Source of the DNA: a virus
Virus record (IMG/VR): IMGVR_UViG_3300010343_000004
Direction: 5' to 3' (one strand)
Length of the DNA: 64,000 nucleotides
Translations under genes and position numbers: made by a program
In this document: one piece after another, positions 36,792 to 45,542 of the stretch
Layout of the letters: the number at the start of each line of letters is the position of its first letter
Position numbering within the stretch: position 1 is the first letter of the stretch
The notes under the pieces: generated by a model
Seen by the model: only the letters and a program-made list of their open reading frames with translations
Told to the model about the DNA's origin: nothing
Databases searched by the model: none

Positions 36792-37967
36792 TTGCTCCGC
36801 ACTCTGAGCTTGATGGGCTTGCTCGTCCTCTTGGTGAGCTGCATCGGATGCACATACAATACAACGAATCAAGAGATCATCGCTGTCGAAGGGGCGGATG
36901 GGGGTAGCGACACAGAACCCTCTTTCACCTGTGAGACGGTCCTCGAGCTGCCCGACGGTGGCGAAACAGTTCTCGCGACGACGACGTTGAGCGGGAACGG
37001 TGAAGATGATGGAGATGGTGGAATGCGCGATTCGGCAAATAACCCTACGGAGCAAGTCAAGGGCGGCTGGTCTCAGTCCGGTCCGCTCCAGCAGTTCTTC
37101 CCCAACCAGCGCGTCAAGTGTCAGGCGAATCTGCCGTACTCGCAGTATTACACCGTCCAATTCAACGTTACGCCACAAGACTTGCCTAACGTCACCGACG
37201 GGTCGGGGCCTCCTCCCCTCATCGTCCCGTACGTTTTCGCGTACCGCGCCGTCGCCACGATACGTTGGTCGGTCGAGGGCAACTTCGTCTCGCGGATGGT
37301 CGACGTGGGCAACGGCAACGCGATCTCAGGTCCCGGCCAGGGTTTCGCGATCAGCGTCCAGGATCTTTCCGACGCAATCACGGCCGCCGCGCTAGCTGGA
37401 GGTGTCATCGTCACGAGCGGCTCGCCGGACATCGTCTTCGCAGACGAGCAGGTATTCTCTGCAGGACAACTACTCTTCTTCTCGTCCGATTCAAACGTCT
37501 ACACCGTCGAAGGAGAGACCTTGGGTTTCGTCGACGACAAGCACTGGACGCTCACGACGCCGTTTCTGGGGCCTACCGGCGTGGCCGAAGCTTTCTTGTT
37601 TCTCATGTACACAGTGACGATCCAGGTGACGGAAGGCACGCGCCCGAACCCGGAAGTTCCGCCCACGCTCTTCGCAGCCTCGGTGTTGCTCCCCACATTC
37701 GGAATCGGTGACTCCATCACTGTTCCGGTGCCTCCTGGCTCTGGGGCGAACTCGGTCGAGGTGGTCGCGTTTTCTGCGAATCCTCTCACAAAGCCCAATG
37801 TGATGGTGACTCAGAACAACGGTGGAGGCGCCATCATCAAGGAGTACGACCCTGACATCAACATCGGGTTTGTCTCGCTCATGGCGAACGCGAGCAGCGT
37901 GACCGTTACGAATCAGGATCCGGCCAACGATGTCCGGATCACAATCACTTTCGGGATCGACGGGTAG
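36792..37967 (+). CDS. beta-rich virion-like protein with lipoprotein-like N-terminal extension (internal ATG at 37023)
   Basis: LLVLLVSCIGC lipobox-like; from 37023 it aligns with 38238-39173. Confidence 0.7.
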   Translation: MLRTLSLMGLLVLLVSCIGCTYNTTNQEIIAVEGADGGSDTEPSFTCETVLELPDGGETVLATTTLSGNGEDDGDGGMRDSANNPTEQVKGGWSQSGPLQQFFPNQRVKCQANLPYSQYYTVQFNVTPQDLPNVTDGSGPPPLIVPYVFAYRAVATIRWSVEGNFVSRMVDVGNGNAISGPGQGFAISVQDLSDAITAAALAGGVIVTSGSPDIVFADEQVFSAGQLLFFSSDSNVYTVEGETLGFVDDKHWTLTTPFLGPTGVAEAFLFLMYTVTIQVTEGTRPNPEVPPTLFAASVLLPTFGIGDSITVPVPPGSGANSVEVVAFSANPLTKPNVMVTQNNGGGAIIKEYDPDINIGFVSLMANASSVTVTNQDPANDVRITITFGIDG

Positions 37968-37971
37968 TGCC

Positions 37972-38241
37972 ATGAAGCGCGTGGTGCACAAACTCGCATC
38001 GCGCCGGAGGCGTAACCTCTGGAGCCGCAAGATCCAGACGCGCTGGCATCCGCACGCTGGCCTCTTCAAGCTGCCCGCGGACAAGCTCGCGAAGAGGCTT
38101 CTCCACGAGTCGGTCAATCCCGGGCAGGCCGTCAAGCGTCTCAGCTTCTTCATCAACCGAGCGGGCAAGAATCTCCATCCCGACGAGCTCGCACGACTCC
38201 ACCACGCGATGCGCATCCTCGAGTCAAAGAGGGGACCATGA
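37972..38241 (+). CDS. DUF3175-like basic protein with leader
   Basis: LSFFINRAGKNL motif; starts MKRVVHKL. Confidence 0.6.
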   Translation: MKRVVHKLASRRRRNLWSRKIQTRWHPHAGLFKLPADKLAKRLLHESVNPGQAVKRLSFFINRAGKNLHPDELARLHHAMRILESKRGP

Positions 38242-39173
38242 GGCAAGCACCGAACGATCCCACGCGCCCCGTGAGAGACGGCTGGTCGCAGTCCGGGACC
38301 CTCACGACGGGTGTGCCGGGCCAGGTGACCATGCAGGTCGACTTCCCAGTGTCCGAAGTGCACACCATCATGTTTGGGATCATCAACCCGGGCCTCGGTA
38401 TCCCGATCAACCCCATCGCGGTCGTGAGGTGGTCGGTAGAGGGAAACTTCGTCAGCCGGCGTTTCAACGTCGGAAACGGCGTTGCGCTCTCCGCACCCTC
38501 GCAGGCGGTCCGCATCATCATCGACGACGAGACGCCCTTTTTATTCATCAATGTGATTGGCACGGTCGCCGTCACCGAAGGCTCTATGGCCGTTGTCTTT
38601 AGCTCGGCCCAATTCTTCGGCAAGGGAATTCCTCTGGCCTTCAGCTCGCAATCAAACATCATTTACGTCCTGAGCTCGGACATCGACGGTGTCGGGAACG
38701 CGACCCTCTTGACCCCCTACACTGGGCCCACCGATCCAGCGGCGAGCGCCATCATCGAGGCGGCCTACACGGTCGGGGTGCAGATCGCTCCCGGCGTCCG
38801 GGCAAACGACGAGATCCCGGTCACACTGAACGCCGTCATCCCTGAGCAGCCTGGGTTCATACCGGCTCCGGCTTTGAACTTCGTGACGCTGCAGCCCAAG
38901 GGAAGCGTTGGGGCGAACGTCACGATACCCATCCCCATGGATGCCGGGGTGCGTTCGGTCGAGATCACCGCCGATGCCACCTTCCCTCCGGGACCCCAGC
39001 TCAGCGTGATTCAGAGCGTCGCTGGTTTTGTCGTGAAGATATACAGCATCATCACCCCGACGTCCGGGTTCATCGCGATTGCCGCCAACGCGACGCAGAT
39101 CGAGATCCTCAACGAGGACCCGACGCCAGGGATCACAGTCGCGGTGACCATCACCTGGGGCATCGACGGGTAG
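38238..39173 (+). CDS. beta-rich virion-like protein (spike/penton candidate)
   Basis: GWSQSG, RWSVEGNFVSR, ends ITWGIDG like its paralogue. Confidence 0.7.
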   Translation: MRQAPNDPTRPVRDGWSQSGTLTTGVPGQVTMQVDFPVSEVHTIMFGIINPGLGIPINPIAVVRWSVEGNFVSRRFNVGNGVALSAPSQAVRIIIDDETPFLFINVIGTVAVTEGSMAVVFSSAQFFGKGIPLAFSSQSNIIYVLSSDIDGVGNATLLTPYTGPTDPAASAIIEAAYTVGVQIAPGVRANDEIPVTLNAVIPEQPGFIPAPALNFVTLQPKGSVGANVTIPIPMDAGVRSVEITADATFPPGPQLSVIQSVAGFVVKIYSIITPTSGFIAIAANATQIEILNEDPTPGITVAVTITWGIDG

Positions 39174-39177
39174 CGTT

Positions 39178-39300
39178 ATGCCGCGCGAGCTAAACGATAA
39201 GGAAGAGAGCATCGCCTGCATGGCCGCTCGGCGCTCCGCCATCCTTGCTTTGCCGTGCGCCGTACCGACGAAGGAGGTTAGCACGTGCCCCGTGAGCTGA
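39178..39300 (+). CDS. small ORF whose start mimics the next gene (MPREL)
   Basis: MPRELNDKEE vs MPRELTEAE. Confidence 0.3.
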   Translation: MPRELNDKEESIACMAARRSAILALPCAVPTKEVSTCPVS

Positions 39301-40571
39301 CCGAAGCAGAGTGGCGTCTGCGTATGGGGAGCGACTCCGTCCCTGACTATGCGCGCGCACTCGCTGCGGCTGTGGACGCGCGTGGCTTCATGGATGAGGA
39401 CACGTGGGCCACATGCAAGAACTTCCAGAGGGCCTTTGGCCGAGGCCTGAGGAGCGACGGCGTCTACGACGAGGTGACGGCGACAGCTGTCGCGGCAGCC
39501 GGAAAGATCTCCGCCCCATGCGCGTTCTCTCACGGCGCTACGTTCGGCGCGGAAGTCAACATCGCCGCGGTCCAGCAGCGTCTGAACGACCTCGGCTACA
39601 AGCCTGTGCTCCTTGTCGACGGCGTAGCCGGTCAAAAGACCCAGGCCGCCGTCAAGTGGTTCCAGTCGCAGAAAGGCCTCCAGGCGACAGGCGTACTCGA
39701 CGCAGTGACGGTGAGCGCGCTCGCCATCCCGCCTGGCTCCGTGAGGAAGTCGCCCATCGTTCCGGTCGCAGCTCCATCGGTTGCCGGCCTCTGGCAGTCA
39801 GTCGTCGACGCTTTCTTCAACTTCACGCGGCCGCTCGAGGGCTACACGCCCTACCTCTACACAGACTCCAAGGGATTCGTGACAACGGGGATGGGCAACC
39901 TCGTGGAGTCGAAGGGTCAGCCCACGGCCGATGTCTTTGCGCTGCCATGGAAAAAACCCGACGGTTCGCTCGCCTCGCGCGCAGAGATCGCCGCCGCATG
40001 GCAGACCGTAAAGAGCGCATGGCCGAAGGTGCAGTCCTCAGCGAGCCAGAGCCTAACGACGCTGCGTCTCTCCGAAGCGGACGTCGCCAAGCTCGTCTCG
40101 CAGAAGATGGCCCAGAACCAGGCCTACCTCGCGAGCAAGTACCCTGGGATGAGCCAATGGCCTGCCGATGCGCAGATGGCCATCCACGCGCTCTCGTGGG
40201 CGTGGGGAGCCGGCTTCGCGAGCGTGTGGGGCACGTTGGGGCAAAACTTCGCCGCAGCGGTGAACGCTTCGCCGCCGGACTTCGCACGTGCGGCATCGAT
40301 CATGCAGCAGGCGTCCGCACACGAGGAGTCCATCAACCCAGGCCTAGTCCCCCGCGACAAGGCCGTCGCGCTCATGCTGGAGAACGCGGCCGAGGCGCTC
40401 ACGCGCGGCAGCGACCTCGGATCTCTGCTCTATCCCAACACTTTCGAGGCAGGGATGCGCGCGGCGATTGCGCTCGAACGTGCCATCCCATTCTGGGTCA
40501 AGGTCACTGCGTTCGTGGTCACAATCTCCGGCCTCGGTCTCCTCACGCACTCACTCCTGAAGAAGTCATGA
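39285..40571 (+). CDS. lysozyme (GH24-like) with peptidoglycan-binding domains and C-terminal TM helix
   Basis: QQRLNDLGY...VDGVAGQKTQAAVKWFQ; LEGYTPYLYTDSKGFVTTGMGNL; FWVKVTAFVVTISGLGLL. Confidence 0.85.
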   Translation: MPRELTEAEWRLRMGSDSVPDYARALAAAVDARGFMDEDTWATCKNFQRAFGRGLRSDGVYDEVTATAVAAAGKISAPCAFSHGATFGAEVNIAAVQQRLNDLGYKPVLLVDGVAGQKTQAAVKWFQSQKGLQATGVLDAVTVSALAIPPGSVRKSPIVPVAAPSVAGLWQSVVDAFFNFTRPLEGYTPYLYTDSKGFVTTGMGNLVESKGQPTADVFALPWKKPDGSLASRAEIAAAWQTVKSAWPKVQSSASQSLTTLRLSEADVAKLVSQKMAQNQAYLASKYPGMSQWPADAQMAIHALSWAWGAGFASVWGTLGQNFAAAVNASPPDFARAASIMQQASAHEESINPGLVPRDKAVALMLENAAEALTRGSDLGSLLYPNTFEAGMRAAIALERAIPFWVKVTAFVVTISGLGLLTHSLLKKS

Positions 40572-40695
40572 CCGGCCGCTTGCCCGCCCGAAGAGGACAA
40601 TGTCCGCACCTCAGCCCGCTTTGGGCTAAGATAGGTGCGTCTCGCTTGACAATCCCTGGCGCAAGCCCTTCGGCTAGCGCATCCCAGCTCTCCCC

Positions 40696-41106
40696 ATGAG
40701 GCCGCGCATGACGACCGAACGCCACCTCGCGAAGCTCGCCAACAGCGTCATGGCGTACGACTACGGGTTTGGCATGGCACCTGCGCTTGTCCCCACGCCC
40801 GTGTCCATGCCCGCGCCCATGCCTGCCACCTACCGGCGCGACCCCTTCGAGGCCGACTTCGGTCAGGACCCCGGGTTCTACGCGCCGCAGGCGCCGCAGG
40901 CACCGCCCACCACCGCGTACGCCCACCAGACGATCCCGCTTCACCCAGGCGTCCCCCATCAGACCATCACCGTGAGGACGCCCCCGCAGAAGTCGATGCT
41001 CCTCGAGTTCGTCTTCCAGACGCTCGCCGTCGTCGTGGGCGGCTACGCCGTCCAGCGCTTCATCGTCCCGCGCATGCCGCATCACCGCAGCGCGCTCGCG
41101 GACTAA
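40696..41106 (+). CDS. Pro-rich protein with C-terminal TM helix
   Basis: LLEFVFQTLAVVVGGYAV. Confidence 0.65.
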   Translation: MRPRMTTERHLAKLANSVMAYDYGFGMAPALVPTPVSMPAPMPATYRRDPFEADFGQDPGFYAPQAPQAPPTTAYAHQTIPLHPGVPHQTITVRTPPQKSMLLEFVFQTLAVVVGGYAVQRFIVPRMPHHRSALAD

Positions 41107-41135
41107 GGACGAGCAAAGCGAGTCCTCTCTCTTCT
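41104..41135 (+). terminator. hairpin plus pyrimidine tract (copy of the 31364 element)
   Basis: TAAGGACGAGC-AAA-GCGAGTCCT-CTCTCTTCT. Confidence 0.6.
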
Positions 41136-41193
41136 CCGATCTTTCTCCCACCCCCCGCCAAACCCGAACCCGAACAAGAGCAAGGAAACCGCC

Positions 41194-41754
41194 ATGGCCT
41201 TCACCGTCACCGACTTCGCAGACGCCGTCATCCGGCACGAGTACGGGCCGTTCGCCCCCGGCCCGAGCATGCACGGGCCGCCTCGGTTCGGGTGGGACCG
41301 GGAGGGCCGCCTCCACCACGGCGGACTCGGCATGCGCCGCCACGTCGACGCATCGGACCAGCAGTGGGAGCGCGAGCCTTGGCACCACGAGCACGACGAG
41401 ACGATGATGCAGTTCGCCCCGCCGGCTCCTCCGGGCGGCTTCGGTCACGAGATGCCCGGCGCTGGTCGCAGCTGGCGTCAGCAGCACCACGCAGGCCATG
41501 GGTTCTTCCCGGCAGGGTTTGACGCGGGCGTTTTCATGCCGCCCGGTTACTGCATGGCGCCGTGGGAGTGCGAAGACGACGCGCTCATTGGCTGCGAAGA
41601 GGACCCCTCGAGGCCGCTCCGCTACCCGGGCTACGTCCCGTTCATGGCGGGTGACCCGCAGTGCGCGACGGGCGACCCGCTCTGCGACGTCACGACCGGC
41701 TCGATGCTCGGCAGCGGCCCGGCCGGAACCCACCACGGCACGCTCCGGGTCTAA
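41194..41754 (+). CDS. His/Gly/Pro-rich protein with Cys-containing C-terminus
   Basis: AAGGA RBS. Confidence 0.65.
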   Translation: MAFTVTDFADAVIRHEYGPFAPGPSMHGPPRFGWDREGRLHHGGLGMRRHVDASDQQWEREPWHHEHDETMMQFAPPAPPGGFGHEMPGAGRSWRQQHHAGHGFFPAGFDAGVFMPPGYCMAPWECEDDALIGCEEDPSRPLRYPGYVPFMAGDPQCATGDPLCDVTTGSMLGSGPAGTHHGTLRV

Positions 41755-41784
41755 GGTTCTCGCTCTCTACTCAAGAAGTTGCGT

Positions 41785-42051
41785 ATGTCCCACGGAGCAT
41801 CATTCGGTCACGGAGGAGGCGGCGGCCATGGCGGAGCAGGCCATGGTGGCGGCCGTGGCTTCGGCCGTGGCGGCTGGGGCGGCGGAGGCTGGGGGTGGGG
41901 CTGGGGTCCGTTCTCGGACGACTACTTCCCCTACGCCTATCCCCCTCCGTGGTCGGACCCTTCTCCCCTTGCGTGGGCGGACCCCTACCTGACAGACCCC
42001 GATTCGGGACCGTTCCATACGAGACGATCTCCTTTCACGATGAGGTTCTGA
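41785..42051 (+). CDS. Gly-rich low-complexity protein
   Basis: GHGGGGGHGG...GWGWGW...PYAYPPP. Confidence 0.6.
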   Translation: MSHGASFGHGGGGGHGGAGHGGGRGFGRGGWGGGGWGWGWGPFSDDYFPYAYPPPWSDPSPLAWADPYLTDPDSGPFHTRRSPFTMRF

Positions 42052-42073
42052 GGACTTGCCCCTGCAAGTCCTC
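42050..42073 (+). terminator. perfect 10-bp hairpin plus pyrimidine tract
   Basis: GAGGACTTGC-CCCT-GCAAGTCCTC. Confidence 0.6.
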
Positions 42074-42102
42074 CTCTCTCCTTTCTCCTATCCGAGGCTC
42101 CC

Positions 42103-43428
42103 ATGTCCATCAGCAAAGACGACCTGAAGAACGCCCTGCAGAGCTCGGAGACGGGCCACGCGCGACTGCAATCGATGGTCGAACCGGCCTTGAGTAACCC
42201 GAACGTGCCAGCCGAGGTCCGCGCGAAGCTCCAGGCGGACTACAACGACTACGCGACCCAGTACGCGAAGGTTCGCTACGACATCAGCGTTCTCACCGGA
42301 CAGTGGTGGCCATCCTCGGACGACCTCGAAAGCGCCGAAGCGATCCTGCGCGCCGCCGAGAGGCGTCGGCCTGGGATCACGCAGCAAGCCTCCGGCATCC
42401 TCTCTGCACTCGGAACGCCCGTGCCGGCGCCGGTCGCTGAGGTGGCCGCTGCGCCGTCTGGCACCGTGGCGAAGGTCCAGCAGGCCCTCAACTCCATGCG
42501 TGTCCCTCCCCCGAACGCGCCGCTCCTCGTCGACAACAGGCTCGGTACCCAGACGCGCAAGGCGCTGCAGTGGTTTCAGTCGGGCCACGGCCTGCAGCAG
42601 ACGGGCATGGCCGATGCGGCAACGCTCTCGGCGCTCTCGGTCCACGGCGAGGGCCATATGGGCTTCGACTTCGTGACCTACGGCGCAGCCGTTGCGACGG
42701 TGCCGGCGCTCCAAGCAGCCTTGCATGCCTGGAAGCGTTACCGCGGTACGCACGCCCCGACGGTGGCAGCTGTCCCGGGCGTACCGTCATCGGCAGCTGC
42801 GGCGGCGGCCGTGCACGGCGCCTTTGGGATCGATGTCTTCTCCGACCTCTCGCACGACCCGTCGTCAGTCGCGCGGACGCAGCAGCAGCTGAACATGCTC
42901 GGCTGGCGCCTGTCGATCGACGGCGGCCTCGGACCGAAGACAGGCCAGGCCATCGCAAGTTTCCAGCAAACGCACGGCATGAAGCCGACGGGCAGACTCG
43001 ACGTCGTCACCTCGTCGCTCATCGACATGGCGGCGACGACGGGTCAGGCGCCGACCTTCAGCTTCGAGTGGCTGCCGTACGCGCTTGGCGTCGCCACGCT
43101 GCCCGCGCTCAGCGTGGTCCGCCAGACGGTGCACAACTACACGGGCGGGGGAGCGCATATGCGCGGCGAAGAAGATGACGTGGGGTTCGAGTGGATACCG
43201 TACATGCTCGGCGTGGCGACGCTCCCCGCGGCGAGCGCCATCCGCCAGTACGTGCACAGCGCAACTGGTGGGGCTCCTTCGAGAATGTACGGCGAAGACA
43301 ACGTACTCGAACCATGGGAGATGACTCCCCAGCCGTGGGAGCTCGAGTCGACGGAGGCTCAAGACATCCTCTACGGCGACACGATGATGTCCCTGCCGGC
43401 GGATAACCTCGGCAGGGTGAGATTCTAG
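42103..43428 (+). CDS. protein with two peptidoglycan-binding domains and three hydrophobic repeats
   Basis: VQQALNSM...VDNRLGTQTRKALQWFQ; QQQLNMLG...IDGGLGPKTGQAIASFQ. Confidence 0.8.
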   Translation: MSISKDDLKNALQSSETGHARLQSMVEPALSNPNVPAEVRAKLQADYNDYATQYAKVRYDISVLTGQWWPSSDDLESAEAILRAAERRRPGITQQASGILSALGTPVPAPVAEVAAAPSGTVAKVQQALNSMRVPPPNAPLLVDNRLGTQTRKALQWFQSGHGLQQTGMADAATLSALSVHGEGHMGFDFVTYGAAVATVPALQAALHAWKRYRGTHAPTVAAVPGVPSSAAAAAAVHGAFGIDVFSDLSHDPSSVARTQQQLNMLGWRLSIDGGLGPKTGQAIASFQQTHGMKPTGRLDVVTSSLIDMAATTGQAPTFSFEWLPYALGVATLPALSVVRQTVHNYTGGGAHMRGEEDDVGFEWIPYMLGVATLPAASAIRQYVHSATGGAPSRMYGEDNVLEPWEMTPQPWELESTEAQDILYGDTMMSLPADNLGRVRF

Positions 43429-43445
43429 ACCAAGCGAGAACGACC

Positions 43446-44228
43446 ATGAGCATTCAAAACCCCACGGCGAGCGACCTCACGTCGTTCGTCTCCGACCAGG
43501 ACCAGAAAAACTCGTCGCTCGCCGCGCAGGCGCGCGGCATCCCATGGCTCCCGCAGGTTGACCCGACGTGGGTGCGCGACTGGAACGGGTACATGACCCG
43601 GTACGTCCAGGCGCGCGAGACCGCGAACAGGAAAGTCACCGCCTCGGCGGGCCTCTCGCTCGATGACGTGCCGGCGCAAGCCGAGTACGGCGCCCTCTCG
43701 CGGGCAGTCAAGCCCTACGAGGCTGCGCAGTCGACGGGCGACTTCGGCGACCTTTCCGACCGACTCCGGAGCGCGGCTGCACGCGGCGCACCAACAGCGA
43801 GTCCGGGTCGGCTCACCTGGTCACAGGTTCGCCAGAAGCTGAATAGCGCCGGGGCTGTGCCGGCCCTCCCCATCGTCGAGCAAAGCGGCGACGACGTCAT
43901 CCGGGCCATCCAGGGCTTCCAGGCGATGAACAATCTCCCCACGTCGGGCAAGCTCACGCATCAGACGATGTCGTATCTCGCGGCGCACGGGGATGCGGAA
44001 AAACGCCCGGACACGTGGCGTGCGAGGTTCGGGGTAGCGAGCTTCGCCGGTTCTCCGGTGACCGACATCCTCAAGAGCGATGTTCCGAAGTACATCGGAG
44101 CCGGTGCAGTCGTCGGCCTCCTCGCGAAGTCGCTCGGCGCGGGTCTCCTCGGCACAGCGGCCGCAGCCGTCGGCGGCGTCGCGCTCGCAGCCTACGTCAT
44201 CACGCATCCGAGGGCGCAGGCAGCGTAA
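43446..44228 (+). CDS. peptidoglycan-binding-domain protein with C-terminal TM segments
   Basis: VRQKLNSAG...AIQGFQAMNNLPTSGKL; hydrophobic C-terminus. Confidence 0.75.
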   Translation: MSIQNPTASDLTSFVSDQDQKNSSLAAQARGIPWLPQVDPTWVRDWNGYMTRYVQARETANRKVTASAGLSLDDVPAQAEYGALSRAVKPYEAAQSTGDFGDLSDRLRSAAARGAPTASPGRLTWSQVRQKLNSAGAVPALPIVEQSGDDVIRAIQGFQAMNNLPTSGKLTHQTMSYLAAHGDAEKRPDTWRARFGVASFAGSPVTDILKSDVPKYIGAGAVVGLLAKSLGAGLLGTAAAAVGGVALAAYVITHPRAQAA

Positions 44229-44256
44229 AAGGCGAGCGAGGAGGAAGGTCGAAACG

Positions 44257-45147
44257 ATGGGGTCCACATCAGGCAACGCGCTCTGCCGGCGTGCCGACGC
44301 GATCATGGGTGCCCAGTACGGCAAGACCATCTTCGGGACCGATCCGATCACCGGCAGCTACTCCATCGCCGAGGGCAAGGATCTCCTCGCTGCGAAGGAC
44401 AAGGACATGGCCGAGCTCGCGCGTCAGTCGCCGCCCATGCTCGCGGCTTGGCGGCAGAAGGACGCCGCCGGCGCCGGCGCCTGGGACAGGGACTACGCTT
44501 CGCTCAAGAGCCGATACGCCAAGGCGCGCGACACTCTCTCTTCGGCCATCTCGAAGGCGAAGTTCATCCCCGTTCCGGACAACCTGATCACGGCAGACTG
44601 GGCGGACTCGGCTTACAAGGGGCTCCTCACCGCTATCAACCCGTCCTGGACCGCGCACAAGAACGCTCCAGGGTCGATCGGCGACCTCATGGTCCGCCTG
44701 GGCCAGGGCTCGAAGATGGTGATGGAGAAGTACGACGTCCCGCAGCCCAGCGCGAGCAGTGACGCTTCGTTGCAGGTCTTGCAACACACCCCTGCGGTGG
44801 AGAAAGTCATCGACCCAGGCATCGATGCTGCAAGGCGAGCCGCCCAAGCCATCCAGGACGAACTCAAGCGAGAAAAAGAGAGGGCGGAGCATGCCTTCGA
44901 CCTGATGAAGTGGTTTTACGATCATCCGATGCTCACTACCGCCATAGCAGCGAGCTTGGGTGTAGTAGGAATCTACGTCCTCTATCGGATCACCGCCGCT
45001 GCGGCTCCTGTCGCTCTCCGCATCGCAGAAGTGGCTACGCCTCAAGGCAAAGCGCTGACGGCCATCCGCGCGGTGAATGCAGGCCTCGGGTCTTCGCAAC
45101 CCTCTGCGTTCCAGAGCCGCGTGAAAGAGCTTCAGGGAGCTACCTGA
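44257..45147 (+). CDS. helical protein with TM segment near the C-terminus
   Basis: IAASLGVVGIYVLY. Confidence 0.7.
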   Translation: MGSTSGNALCRRADAIMGAQYGKTIFGTDPITGSYSIAEGKDLLAAKDKDMAELARQSPPMLAAWRQKDAAGAGAWDRDYASLKSRYAKARDTLSSAISKAKFIPVPDNLITADWADSAYKGLLTAINPSWTAHKNAPGSIGDLMVRLGQGSKMVMEKYDVPQPSASSDASLQVLQHTPAVEKVIDPGIDAARRAAQAIQDELKREKERAEHAFDLMKWFYDHPMLTTAIAASLGVVGIYVLYRITAAAAPVALRIAEVATPQGKALTAIRAVNAGLGSSQPSAFQSRVKELQGAT

Positions 45148-45539
45148 TGGAGAAAGGACCGCCTCCGCCCCCGAAGTCGCTCGACAGCCTCCTCGGGAAG
45201 GCGCCGACCGATCTGCTCGTCGCCGCGCTCGCCCTCGGCGAGACGGCCAAGGCGAGGGGTTGTCACTTCCGCTCCCCCGAGCAGGACGGAGCGCTCCTCG
45301 CCCTCTGCACGACGTGCCCTGGCCTCATGCAGAACGCGCTGAAGAAAGCGTGGCTCCTCGGCTACGGCGGCGCACCCCCAACCGTCCCGGTTCGGGCCGT
45401 GCAGCGGAAACCTACGTGGCAGGACCTGCTCAAGGCCGGCCAAGACTCACGGAGAATCGCCGCGACGCAGCCCAAGCCGATTCTCGCGCTCCCCCCGGCC
45501 ACGGAGAAAACCGCCTCTTCGGGCCGTCTGGTAAGATGA
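45147..45539 (+). CDS. hypothetical protein
   Basis: TGATG coupled start. Confidence 0.6.
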   Translation: MEKGPPPPPKSLDSLLGKAPTDLLVAALALGETAKARGCHFRSPEQDGALLALCTTCPGLMQNALKKAWLLGYGGAPPTVPVRAVQRKPTWQDLLKAGQDSRRIAATQPKPILALPPATEKTASSGRLVR

Positions 45540-45542
45540 GCC

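Noticed and set aside
40657-40672. sigma54 promoter (TGGCGCA...)
   Set aside because: The -12 element does not match TTGC at the required spacing.
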